Part shown: piece by piece, positions 25,937 to 34,269 of the stretch
How positions within the stretch are numbered: the stretch's first letter is position 1
Layout: each line of letters opens with the position of its first letter
Virus record (IMG/VR): IMGVR_UViG_3300033143_002486
Coordinates: 1-34,427 of that record
DNA length: 34,427 nt
Reading direction: 5' to 3' (one strand)
From: a virus
Taxonomy: Duplodnaviria; Caudoviricetes
Notes under the pieces: model-generated
The model's database searches: none
Seen by the model: the letters and a program-made list of their open reading frames with translations, nothing else
What the model was told of the DNA's origin: nothing
Program-made: the position numbers and the translations under genes

Positions 25937-26737
25937 TTATGACGCTGTTATTTTGATACAGCCTTCGCCGTCAATTAAAATAGAGCCTGCTTTCCATAGC
26001 CCTAAAGTAAGCCAAGAGCCTTTATCTACCGACCAATCGACCCTAGTTTTCATATCAATACCGACCGCATGACCTATTGAGTCTTTGTGCCAAGCATAAG
26101 CATTGCCACCTAGTCCGCCTTCTTCTCTGCCTGAACCTATAATTTTAAAATTAAAGCCCATAAAATAGGTAAGTGTACCATTTATTAAAGCCTGGACCTG
26201 ATTAAAATCAGACGAGCCTACCTGAGTAGTTGCAAGCAGTTCCGCAAGTCCATCTTCATCACAACAGAAAAACCTATCTTTGAAGGGTGCATTAACCTTA
26301 TTTAATAGTTTTGACGAATTAGTTAAGGTTGCCAATGTAAATGACGCATCTATAAAAGTATTAGTAGTTGCACTTGCTGCTGTTATGATTGATTGGTCGT
26401 CTTTTCTCCCCATTGCTCCAGCTACCGTAATAGCAAGTTCCTTGACTTCATCAAAATTTACAGTTTGTGCATTCCAAACATCGGTGTATTCTGGTGCTTC
26501 CCAATCTGTTAGAGTTGCTACTTTAAGGGCATGTGAGATATTCATAGGAATAACATCCGCTGATGGTGCTGTTCTCTGATGTGCCATACCTTTACCCATT
26601 AATCTAAAGTCGTATTTGTCTCCTACGACACCTAATCTTGTTTTGACACAACCCCTTAAGGTTTGGTCGCCCTGATATGCGTGTTTGACTTCGCCGTCAA
26701 ATTCTTCTTTTGCCACGCTTGCTAGTGTTGCTGACAT
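25937..26737 (-). CDS. Major capsid protein
   Basis: FDGEVKHAYQ...AGAMGRKDDQSII...FMGFNF...YAWHKDSIG; synteny. Confidence 0.88.
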   Translation of the reverse strand: MSATLASVAKEEFDGEVKHAYQGDQTLRGCVKTRLGVVGDKYDFRLMGKGMAHQRTAPSADVIPMNISHALKVATLTDWEAPEYTDVWNAQTVNFDEVKELAITVAGAMGRKDDQSIITAASATTNTFIDASFTLATLTNSSKLLNKVNAPFKDRFFCCDEDGLAELLATTQVGSSDFNQVQALINGTLTYFMGFNFKIIGSGREEGGLGGNAYAWHKDSIGHAVGIDMKTRVDWSVDKGSWLTLGLWKAGSILIDGEGCIKITAS

Positions 26738-26762
26738 AAAATTGTCCTTGTAATTATTTTAT

Positions 26763-26864
26763 GTTAGCTATGTTCTTTAGGTGTCCCCCAAAAGTGGGGG
26801 GTTAAAGCTCATCGCTCAAACTCCGCACACTTTCAGGCTCTCAAAAGGAGGTTTCTGAAGTATG
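26763..26864 (-). promoter_or_regulatory. Two-hairpin capsid mRNA leader
   Basis: Two stems, each with an internal loop carrying GA(A/C)ACC. Confidence 0.55.
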
Positions 26865-26883
26865 TTTCATTACATATTGCCTA

Positions 26884-26905
26884 ATTATACCAAATATGGT
26901 ACAAT
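26884..26905. promoter_or_regulatory. Back-to-back extended -10 boxes: TGGTATAAT (minus, to capsid) and TGGTACAAT (plus, to island)
   Basis: ATTATACCA-AATA-TGGTACAAT imperfect palindrome. Confidence 0.7.
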
Positions 26906-26939
26906 AAACATATGAACTAAATCGTACATAGGGGATAAT

Positions 26940-27158
26940 ATGAATAATAATACAGTTCCTGTGAAGGTAACCTTGCGACCTACACATATAAAAATGGTTA
27001 AGAGGGTGGCTAAAGAAACAGGAAGTAACTTTAGTCTGGCACTTAGAAACATCTTAGATGAATACAAAAGCATAAAGAAGGAGAAGCTAAGTACCGAGTA
27101 TATCACGATGCTAACTGAAATCTTTAAAGGCAACGAAAAGGATAAAGAATGGCAGTAG
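26940..27158 (+). CDS. Ribbon-helix-helix-like regulator
   Basis: VKVTLRPTHIKMVKRVAKETGSNFSLALRNILDEY. Confidence 0.65.
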   Translation: MNNNTVPVKVTLRPTHIKMVKRVAKETGSNFSLALRNILDEYKSIKKEKLSTEYITMLTEIFKGNEKDKEWQ

Positions 27159-27421
27159 CATTACTAAATAAAAATAACCCGTATATTTTAGAAAGAATAT
27201 TTAACGGTTTAGAAATTGAGTTTAACACAAAAACATTAAAGAATAGAATTGTTGTAGAAGTTGACAAAAAAGCTATCATAAACTCTTTACATGGTCTCTA
27301 TGATGGAAACTTTGATGAAATTACTGTGTGCTTACCAGAAAGCTTTACAGTAAAAGCAACAACAAAAAAAGTTACTAAAAAAGAGTTTACAGGGTGGCAA
27401 GAAACAAACGAGAAAAACTAA
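27149..27421 (+). CDS. Hypothetical protein
   Basis: AAAGGA RBS. Confidence 0.7.
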   Translation: MAVALLNKNNPYILERIFNGLEIEFNTKTLKNRIVVEVDKKAIINSLHGLYDGNFDEITVCLPESFTVKATTKKVTKKEFTGWQETNEKN

Positions 27422-27432
27422 AAGGATAGGAT

Positions 27433-27708
27433 GTGAATAGGCGTAATTTCTTAAAATCAATAATTGCAGTTGGGTCTATGGGTGCAATGGGTGCGGTACA
27501 CCCTGAGCTTTTTAAAAAAATAGAAAAAAACTCAGATGTAAAATATATTGTGGGTTATAGAACAGATAAAGGGTGCTATCTCCACCAAATATCTGGACAG
27601 AACAAAAAAGAAGAGTGGGAGATACTAGAATGGTCAGATAATAGTGTCCTTGAAAAAGAAGTATACGATTTGATGTTAAAAGATTTAAGAAAAAAACTAA
27701 AAGGATAA
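27433..27708 (+). CDS. Twin-arginine (Tat) signal-containing protein
   Basis: NRRNFLK followed by a weakly hydrophobic region; GTG start. Confidence 0.65.
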   Translation: MNRRNFLKSIIAVGSMGAMGAVHPELFKKIEKNSDVKYIVGYRTDKGCYLHQISGQNKKEEWEILEWSDNSVLEKEVYDLMLKDLRKKLKG

Positions 27709-27711
27709 AGA

Positions 27712-28245
27712 ATGACACTAAAAGAAGCACGAAAGCATCAAGGTAACCTAGAGAATGCAAGCAATAAGGCAAAATACAGGCTTGGAACAAGAAGCGGCGA
27801 TAGATATTTAAAACTAAGGAACAGCTTTGCAATTAAAAGCTACAAAGACACAAAAGAAATGTTTACTTGTTTTGAAGAATCTCACAATATTTTAGAAACT
27901 CATTACTGTATCACAAAGCTTGATAGTTTAAAAAATGAAATAAACGAAAGACTAAAGTTTAACAAAGAAGAAATGATACAAGCATTAGACAAATTTTGGG
28001 CAGAATTAAAAACACCTTGTTCAGTAAACAAGACAAAGAAGGATTTACAAAAGTATATTTTAATAAAGAATAGAGAAATACTAGCAATGGAAGATAAAAC
28101 TAAAGCTTTAGTTGCAGAGGTAAAAAACCTAAGAGATGAAACAATAAGAGATGAAAAGACTAAATGGGAACAAACGGAGATGATAAATGACTTGCGATAT
28201 AGAATATCTTCGATATTAGAGATAATAGAAGATATGAATGAATAG
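27712..28245 (+). CDS. Coiled-coil hypothetical protein
   Basis: AAAGGA RBS. Confidence 0.7.
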   Translation: MTLKEARKHQGNLENASNKAKYRLGTRSGDRYLKLRNSFAIKSYKDTKEMFTCFEESHNILETHYCITKLDSLKNEINERLKFNKEEMIQALDKFWAELKTPCSVNKTKKDLQKYILIKNREILAMEDKTKALVAEVKNLRDETIRDEKTKWEQTEMINDLRYRISSILEIIEDMNE

Positions 28246-28274
28246 AAAAGACAAGGAGGGATTAATCCCCCTCC
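28244..28274 (-). terminator. Rho-independent terminator after the scaffold gene
   Basis: GGAGGG...CCCTCC stem (28255-28274) followed by TTGTCTTTT on the minus strand. Confidence 0.55.
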
Positions 28275-28909
28275 AAAAGTCTCTCTCTCATTTCTAACAC
28301 TTTTTTTCTATATGATGGGTCTGATTCGTATCTTCTGCCACCATATGCGTCTTTCTCTTGAAACTGCATATAATCAAGCTTGTCTTTGTCTATGATAGGT
28401 CTTGGGTTTTCAGTAGCTGGTGCAGTTTGCTTACCGGCTTTCATTATCATTTCTAAACCTTCTATACCATCTGCTCCACCTGCAACTAAGTCTAAAGCTC
28501 CTGCTTTATCCCCTACGGTAGCATTTAGCCAATCAGATACATTCTTAACTCTTATATCTGCATTTTCTCCTAGTTTCTCCATTTCTGCCTTTTGGAAAGT
28601 CGTTTGTCTTTCCGCCATTGCTTCATTATATTTGGTAATGAGTGAATTAAAGCCTTTATCCGATAGTTGATTTTCTTTTCCCCAGTCTTGAACAAAGCTA
28701 TACTCATCTCCTTCAACTCCTTCGGGCATAGTATATTTTTCTGGTGAGCCATCAAAGCCACCTAATTTTTTATCGTATGAAGTTCTTAACTCTCTGTAGC
28801 CGTCCTCTAAAGTGCCGATAGAGTTAAACTTACCGTCAACATAAGATGTTGTAATCGCTTCATCTGATGCATTTACACTATCGGTTGTCTCTGTTGTTTC
28901 GTCTGCCAT
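28262..28909 (-). CDS. Capsid scaffolding/assembly protein
   Basis: Acidic; LEDGYRELR...PEKY...C-terminal RYESDPSYRKKV. Confidence 0.8.
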   Translation of the reverse strand: MADETTETTDSVNASDEAITTSYVDGKFNSIGTLEDGYRELRTSYDKKLGGFDGSPEKYTMPEGVEGDEYSFVQDWGKENQLSDKGFNSLITKYNEAMAERQTTFQKAEMEKLGENADIRVKNVSDWLNATVGDKAGALDLVAGGADGIEGLEMIMKAGKQTAPATENPRPIIDKDKLDYMQFQEKDAYGGRRYESDPSYRKKVLEMRERLLEGD

Positions 28910-28918
28910 AGTTTTCCT

Positions 28919-29536
28919 TTAAATGTGTTTTGTTACCGTCATACAAGCAGACGGTGCTAATGACCACCCGTTTGCTGTTGGTGTAGCTGATATTAAACCT
29001 CCGCTATCGTTACCGCCCGAATCTCTTATTATCTGTGCTTTTAAAGTGTCATCCTTTTCAAATGCAATCTTTTTAGTATAGTGTATAGGAACAACTACAT
29101 CTGCATTGTCAAGCCTAGTGTGAAAAACACAAGCAATCTGTACATCGTTTTTGAGAAGTCTTCCGAACACTTCGCTTGTTCCAGACCCACCCGTTCTGCC
29201 TAAATGCAATAACATTTCGATATGGTATTCTTCGCTTGTGTGAAAGGTTATAGTACCATTCGCTGCGATAGTAGCGTTGTCTTCTACTTGTTCAGCCCCG
29301 AACTCTATCTGTAACGCCGCATCTGTTCCTGTTGGCATTTGACTAGATGCCAAGCTTGTTGCTACAAACTCCGCACTTTCAGTACTTGGGTTTTCCAAAG
29401 CTGTTACTCTTGTATTTGTAGTATCTAATCCGCCTTGTTTAACTACTGCATCGGTGCTTTCCGTTCCGCCTAAGTATACAGTTGTAATTTCTCCGCTGTT
29501 TAGTATCGTTGCTAATTCTCTTAATGTCAGTGCCAT
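28919..29536 (-). CDS. Virion protein with C1q/BclA-like beta domain (head fibre candidate)
   Basis: Short coiled coil, then GTITFHTSEEYHI...FEKDDTLKAQI. Confidence 0.45.
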   Translation of the reverse strand: MALTLRELATILNSGEITTVYLGGTESTDAVVKQGGLDTTNTRVTALENPSTESAEFVATSLASSQMPTGTDAALQIEFGAEQVEDNATIAANGTITFHTSEEYHIEMLLHLGRTGGSGTSEVFGRLLKNDVQIACVFHTRLDNADVVVPIHYTKKIAFEKDDTLKAQIIRDSGGNDSGGLISATPTANGWSLAPSACMTVTKHI

Positions 29537-29772
29537 TATAAATCCTCATATAGTTCTTTGAATATGTCTCGCTTGCAACAGCAGCAACATCCATTGCTGT
29601 TTTTTACTATTCTGTCGCCTATCTCTACCTTGTGACCGTCTACCGTTAGCTTTTCATTTGCATAGATTACTGTTTCATCTACTAAGTTTCTTATCTCGTC
29701 TATTGTGTCTGGGTCGCCGTTCCACTCTATCGCTTCTGCTAAATCGTTTGGTTTTTTTCTAAATAGTTTCAT
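29536..29772 (-). CDS. Conserved small phage protein (FRKKP...EAIEW...GD.IV...DIF..LYE type)
   Basis: Motif layout; likely start ATG 29772. Confidence 0.7.
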   Translation of the reverse strand: MKLFRKKPNDLAEAIEWNGDPDTIDEIRNLVDETVIYANEKLTVDGHKVEIGDRIVKNSNGCCCCCKRDIFKELYEDL

Positions 29773-30022
29773 CTCCAATCTCCGTTAATATCTTTCTTAT
29801 AACACTTGCTTCCCCCTGTCTGAAGGTTGTTTCTTCAAATGTTAATCCCTTTTGGTAAATATCTCTATCTACAAATGTTTTCTTTAAATGTCTGAGTGTC
29901 TTTTTTCCTTGTGGATTTACAAAACACGCCTTGAACATAGAGGATATTTCTAGTCCTTTTCTACTTCTCTCTTCTGCTAGTTTTTGTGCTTCTTCATCTA
30001 TATCATCAAACTTGTTGTCCAC
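29759..30022 (-). CDS. Bbp19-like protein
   Basis: F..PQGKKTL.HL...FRQGEASVIRKI directly after the portal. Confidence 0.7.
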   Translation of the reverse strand: MDNKFDDIDEEAQKLAEERSRKGLEISSMFKACFVNPQGKKTLRHLKKTFVDRDIYQKGLTFEETTFRQGEASVIRKILTEIGDETI

Positions 30023-31511
30023 CTTGTCCCCTTTGTAGTTGTTCTTGTTCTTGTTGTTGTAGTTGTGCCGTTTCCTCTTCTGTTCTTTTAAGTTTCTCTG
30101 GTAAGCCTAGGTTATCCATAAGCTCCACTGGGAAGTCCTCTATTTTGACCCTCTGTGCTACAATGTCTAATCCTAGCGGTGCTGTTAGTTCTATAAATCT
30201 TGCATATCCTGCTGTTTCTGCTTCGTCTTGTTGTCTAGTAGAAGGGTTAACAAACTTAAGTTTAACTTCTTTTCCATTTACTCTTATGTCGGGAAGCTTT
30301 CCTGCTTTTTTAAGTATATGAACACAATTTGCAATTAACCTATCTAAAAGCTCTACTCTTATTCTAGCGGTTGACGCTAAAGATGATTGTGCTCTGTCTG
30401 CATTTCTTATACTCATTTCAGTAGCAGTTCTTACAGGTGTTTCTTCTATGTTGCCAAAAGGACTAGACAATAAAGCTTTTCTAATTTCGTCTTGTTTATT
30501 CTTAATTGCGAAGTCTAGCAGTTGGGGGTTACCACTTACAGGTAGATTTGCGATTGATGGGTTGCCTCTATCGTTTGACTGTACGGGTATGTTAAGACCC
30601 GGCTTGATTTGTATAGTAAAGGGGTTTATGTTTCCATCATCTGTATTAGTAAATAATGGATTAGCTTGCCACGCAAGCCCTCTGTGATAATCTTCGTACA
30701 TCTTGTTTAGCGATTTGATATTCGATAGTTGTCGCATTACTCTACCACGCCCGATAGTTTCTCCTGGTATTACACTCTCCCTAAAAAGTATATATGGGTT
30801 GTATTCTAGTTCTTGTTTGATTAAGAACTCTTTTTCTGCTGGATACATTAATACGGAAAAGAATATATTGCCCTCTTTAACTGCACCCTCGATAAGTCCA
30901 ATCTCTTCCGTTGGACTGTCTTTTATTAATCTCTTTATGTTACTTGTAAGTTTAGCGTTCTTCCAAATGTCTTTTATGTCCCCTACTGGTACTTTAAACT
31001 CTCTGAAAACCGTTTCAATTGTGCCTTTTGATGATTTCTCTGGGTAAAGTTCTGATAACGAAATAGCTCTAAAGTTTAAATTTGACTGTATTCCGTCTCC
31101 TTCTTCTATAATCAAAGCACCTGTACTTATTCCTAAGTCTAAAAAAGCATCGTGAGCTTGAGCGGTTAAGTTTGAACTGTTTATGTGGTTAAAGACAATA
31201 TTAGTAAGCTCTTCGAGTGCTTGGTCGACCTTTTCTTTTTCTTCTTTTGGTATCTCGCTACCTGCTTTTAGTTTTGACCATTCGACAAAAGGCGGTATTA
31301 CTTGTGCTACCATTCGATTTGCGTAGTCCTCTAGTGCTTCTTCTGCCGTAGAGTCATGCTGTCTGCTACGCTTCTTAGCTCCTGTACTCCATTTGTCTAT
31401 GGTATTGCGTTGTGGCATAGCGTATTCGTAGCACTCTCTTAAGTGAGACTCCCATAACTGCTTGTTTGCTTTAGCCTTGTTGTATCGTTTCTCTATTTGT
31501 TCGTAAGTCAT
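30006..31511 (-). CDS. Portal (head-to-tail connector)
   Basis: ECYEYAMPQR...DSTA...GRG...RTATEM. Confidence 0.93.
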   Translation of the reverse strand: MTYEQIEKRYNKAKANKQLWESHLRECYEYAMPQRNTIDKWSTGAKKRSRQHDSTAEEALEDYANRMVAQVIPPFVEWSKLKAGSEIPKEEKEKVDQALEELTNIVFNHINSSNLTAQAHDAFLDLGISTGALIIEEGDGIQSNLNFRAISLSELYPEKSSKGTIETVFREFKVPVGDIKDIWKNAKLTSNIKRLIKDSPTEEIGLIEGAVKEGNIFFSVLMYPAEKEFLIKQELEYNPYILFRESVIPGETIGRGRVMRQLSNIKSLNKMYEDYHRGLAWQANPLFTNTDDGNINPFTIQIKPGLNIPVQSNDRGNPSIANLPVSGNPQLLDFAIKNKQDEIRKALLSSPFGNIEETPVRTATEMSIRNADRAQSSLASTARIRVELLDRLIANCVHILKKAGKLPDIRVNGKEVKLKFVNPSTRQQDEAETAGYARFIELTAPLGLDIVAQRVKIEDFPVELMDNLGLPEKLKRTEEETAQLQQQEQEQLQRGQGGQQV

Positions 31512-31729
31512 TATGCTATCCCAAGTTTTTTCTTAAGGTGTTGCTTATTATTCCCTTTCAAAAACTCTATGTTTTGTTTTGTACACATCTCTCTAAGTTC
31601 ATCTAAAGTGTAATCAGCTTTTGAACAATTACACTTCTTTACCTCTTTAAATGGTTTGCCGGGTAGTAAGATTTGTAGTTCTTTACCGCACTTCTCGCAA
31701 GTTATCCTTGCATAGTTATTTGTTAGCAT
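31511..31729 (-). CDS. Zn-ribbon plus HeH/LEM-like small protein
   Basis: CEKC...CNC and YTLDELREMC...NKQHL. Confidence 0.55.
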   Translation of the reverse strand: MLTNNYARITCEKCGKELQILLPGKPFKEVKKCNCSKADYTLDELREMCTKQNIEFLKGNNKQHLKKKLGIA

Positions 31730-31730
31730 C

Positions 31731-32015
31731 TTAACCCCCTAAAACATTTGAAGTCTGTACACCTGTTTCTTCGCCTTGAAAGAGTAAGCCTCTATGCCCT
31801 TCTGCTAGTCTAGCTCTACGCTCTTGCATTCTGGATTCTTCTTTGGCTTTTTGTTCTGCTACTAGCTTATCTTGTTTAGCTTGTATTGCTTTTTGTCTGT
31901 CTAGTTCATCTTCTTGTTTACTAGCTGCTTTCTTAGCATCTTTAGATTGTTTTATACTACTTACCGTCCCCGCTATCCCTGCAATTGCAGATATTATTGG
32001 TATTGCTCCGCCCAT
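31731..32015 (-). CDS. Small virion/tail assembly protein (pre-portal)
   Basis: MGGAIPIISAIAG hydrophobic start, coiled coil, ends VLGG. Confidence 0.65.
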   Translation of the reverse strand: MGGAIPIISAIAGIAGTVSSIKQSKDAKKAASKQEDELDRQKAIQAKQDKLVAEQKAKEESRMQERRARLAEGHRGLLFQGEETGVQTSNVLGG

Positions 32016-32356
32016 AATTTCCCCTTGCGTGTTAAATGTTTAGGATATTGTTCCGCATCTAGCACGACTTTATTTTTATATCTATCTTTTAAATACTTAT
32101 AGCCTTGTATATAAACTCTCTTTGCTTTGTAGCTTCCATTTTGATATGTGTATGCAACATAAAACTTATCGTCTATGTTTAACAGACAAACAAAAGCTAT
32201 AAGCTCCTCCCCTAAGAAAGCTCCGATATTGATATGCTCCGAACTGAAGTAAGTATCAAAATCTGCTTTGTTATACTCATCGCCGTATTTTACCATAACT
32301 TTCTCTATAAACGGTTTAAGGCTATCATCAAACTCTTTTATTACTACTTTATTCAT
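31994..32356 (-). CDS. Possible GNAT-fold protein (likely start 32356)
   Basis: IGAFLGEELIAFVCL...FYVAYTY strand pattern. Confidence 0.4.
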   Translation of the reverse strand: MNKVVIKEFDDSLKPFIEKVMVKYGDEYNKADFDTYFSSEHINIGAFLGEELIAFVCLLNIDDKFYVAYTYQNGSYKAKRVYIQGYKYLKDRYKNKVVLDAEQYPKHLTRKGKLWAEQYQ

Positions 32357-33671
32357 AAATATCCCAGTCACTTGTTCGTGGCTGAGTCGGTCTTTCGATA
32401 GTAGAACGCCAACTCATCGCAAATGTTCTAAATGCATCCGCACCATTAGAACTCCAATCGTGCAATGGTTGAGCTTTAAACTTGTTTAGCTTCTCATCAA
32501 ACTCTTTACGATAGTTTCTAAGAGCTTTTAAACCTACCTTACATCTTTCACTATCGAAATAACACCGTGATAATATGTTTCTTGTTGCTTCTATGCCTTC
32601 AATTTTTGAGTTTGAGCGTTTTACTTTATGAAAAGAGATACCCATCTTGCGGGCTGTTGCTTCTCTGCTTACTCCTGTACTTAGTTCTCTTACTGCTATG
32701 TCGTGCGGTGCGAAGTGTCCTGCAAAAGTAAATTGGCTTCTATCTCGTAAATCGTGTAAATAATTTATATAATGTGCTAGCCCTTCGCCTGTGTTCTCGT
32801 AGTAGTCAACAAATCTAATCTCTTGCCCTAGTGATTGCATAGTCCATATACTCATTTCGTCATTTATGCCCAAATCCCAAAATGTATAAGTTTTTAATGC
32901 ACTTTCTATCGGTATAGTTGTTATTCTGCCGTCCTTCATGGATGTATTTAGCTGTTTTGCGTAGTATGCTCCTTCTGCATCGAAATCATCCCAACTACCA
33001 TACAACCATTGTTGTTTGAGTGTTTCGGGTAAAGATTGCAAGTATGTTAAATATTTCGGGTCTTTAACAAGTAAATGAGGATTATCTTGTATCGTAGCAG
33101 GAATGTATATAAATGTTCTTTTTTCTTTCTCGTTTATTGTTTTATAAAACTTCTTTCCGTGTTCTTTAACTCCTATTTCAAATCGGTCTTTTACCCATTC
33201 GTGTCCTGCACCTCCGGGATTAGTTGTTAAGAATACTTGTGTATCTATTCCCTCGACCGTTGACCTTACAGAGCCTAATAGTTTCTCGTATAATCTTTCG
33301 CTTGGTATATGTGTAACTTCTTCTACTAGTAAGCGGTGTATTTCCCAACCTTGGTATTTAGTGTAAGCGTCTGGTGTTCCTAGGTGTCCTGTGTATATTA
33401 TAGAGCCGCTAGGGAAGTGTATCTCCGCTGGATTGCCTTTAAGTTCTGCCCCAAACGGTGCGTATTTTTGTCTTGCTCTATCTATAAAGTCTGCTAAGTC
33501 TGTTGTGTTTCTTCTTATTACTAGCTGTCTAAGTTTAGGATTGTCTATTTCGTATAGTAGCCATTGTAGAGCGGTGTCCGTTTTTCCTCCGCCACGACTT
33601 CCTCCGAACAAAACCTCATCTGCTGTGGTAACTAATGCGGTCTCTTGTGTAGGAGTTGGCTTCCATATCAT
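32349..33671 (-). CDS. terL: Terminase large subunit
   Basis: Walker A GGSRGGGKT, Walker B LLVEE, TTNPGG, FWDLG, HDWSSNGADAFR. Confidence 0.96.
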   Translation of the reverse strand: MIWKPTPTQETALVTTADEVLFGGSRGGGKTDTALQWLLYEIDNPKLRQLVIRRNTTDLADFIDRARQKYAPFGAELKGNPAEIHFPSGSIIYTGHLGTPDAYTKYQGWEIHRLLVEEVTHIPSERLYEKLLGSVRSTVEGIDTQVFLTTNPGGAGHEWVKDRFEIGVKEHGKKFYKTINEKEKRTFIYIPATIQDNPHLLVKDPKYLTYLQSLPETLKQQWLYGSWDDFDAEGAYYAKQLNTSMKDGRITTIPIESALKTYTFWDLGINDEMSIWTMQSLGQEIRFVDYYENTGEGLAHYINYLHDLRDRSQFTFAGHFAPHDIAVRELSTGVSREATARKMGISFHKVKRSNSKIEGIEATRNILSRCYFDSERCKVGLKALRNYRKEFDEKLNKFKAQPLHDWSSNGADAFRTFAMSWRSTIERPTQPRTSDWDIYE

Positions 33672-33673
33672 TT

Positions 33674-33877
33674 CTATTTTAAAGCTTCTATTATTTTTTT
33701 ATAGTCATCTTCGCATTGTCGCTCTTCTTCTATGCTATAAGATACACAAACTAAATTATTCTCGAAAACTATATTTATATAATATGGGTCTATCGCATGA
33801 GCCTCGAAATGTTTGTCTATAGACACAATCTTGTCTATTCTCATAATCCCTTTACTATATTTAATAAACTTTTTCAC
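33674..33877 (-). CDS. Hypothetical protein between terS and terL
   Basis: Coupled ORF. Confidence 0.65.
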   Translation of the reverse strand: MKKFIKYSKGIMRIDKIVSIDKHFEAHAIDPYYINIVFENNLVCVSYSIEEERQCEDDYKKIIEALK

Positions 33878-34245
33878 TTATCTTTGTCCTTTTGTGGTGC
33901 GTAGTAGTGTACTTGTGTAGTATTCTCTGTTTTAATTTCTTGCTTGTCTGCATAACCGTAGTTGTTCTTTAAATTAAAGATTGTCATTGCGGGATTTAGC
34001 TTGCCACTTAATGCTCCTTCTTGTAATTTAGCTAGTATCATTTCTCTATACTTTTTAATAATGCCAAAATATTCATCTTTGTAAGAGTAGTTTAATATTG
34101 TTTGTCTATCGCAATCACACGCTACTGCAAGCCCTTCTATGGTTAATGGCACTTCTCTATCGTTACAGTCTTTTACATATACATCTATTTTGCTTTGTAA
34201 GTGTTCTGGGCTATTAAATTTGGGTGGTTTTCCTACTTTAGCCAT
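33874..34245 (-). CDS. terS: Terminase small subunit (P22 gp3/Sf6-like)
   Basis: GKPPKF...PLTIEGLA...TILNY...IFNLKNNYGYADKQE. Confidence 0.9.
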   Translation of the reverse strand: MAKVGKPPKFNSPEHLQSKIDVYVKDCNDREVPLTIEGLAVACDCDRQTILNYSYKDEYFGIIKKYREMILAKLQEGALSGKLNPAMTIFNLKNNYGYADKQEIKTENTTQVHYYAPQKDKDK

Positions 34246-34269
34246 ACCATACCTCTATATATTTATATT

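Noticed and set aside
25926-25960. T7-like capsid frameshift extension
   Set aside because: No slippery heptamer near the stop; the next gene has its own AAGGAG RBS.
205-33822. Many opposite-strand or out-of-frame ORFs in the track (e.g. 205-456, 10277-10642, 16027-16332, 26280-26579, 27512-27832, 33391-33822)
   Set aside because: Shadow frames of well-supported genes, with no RBS or motif support.
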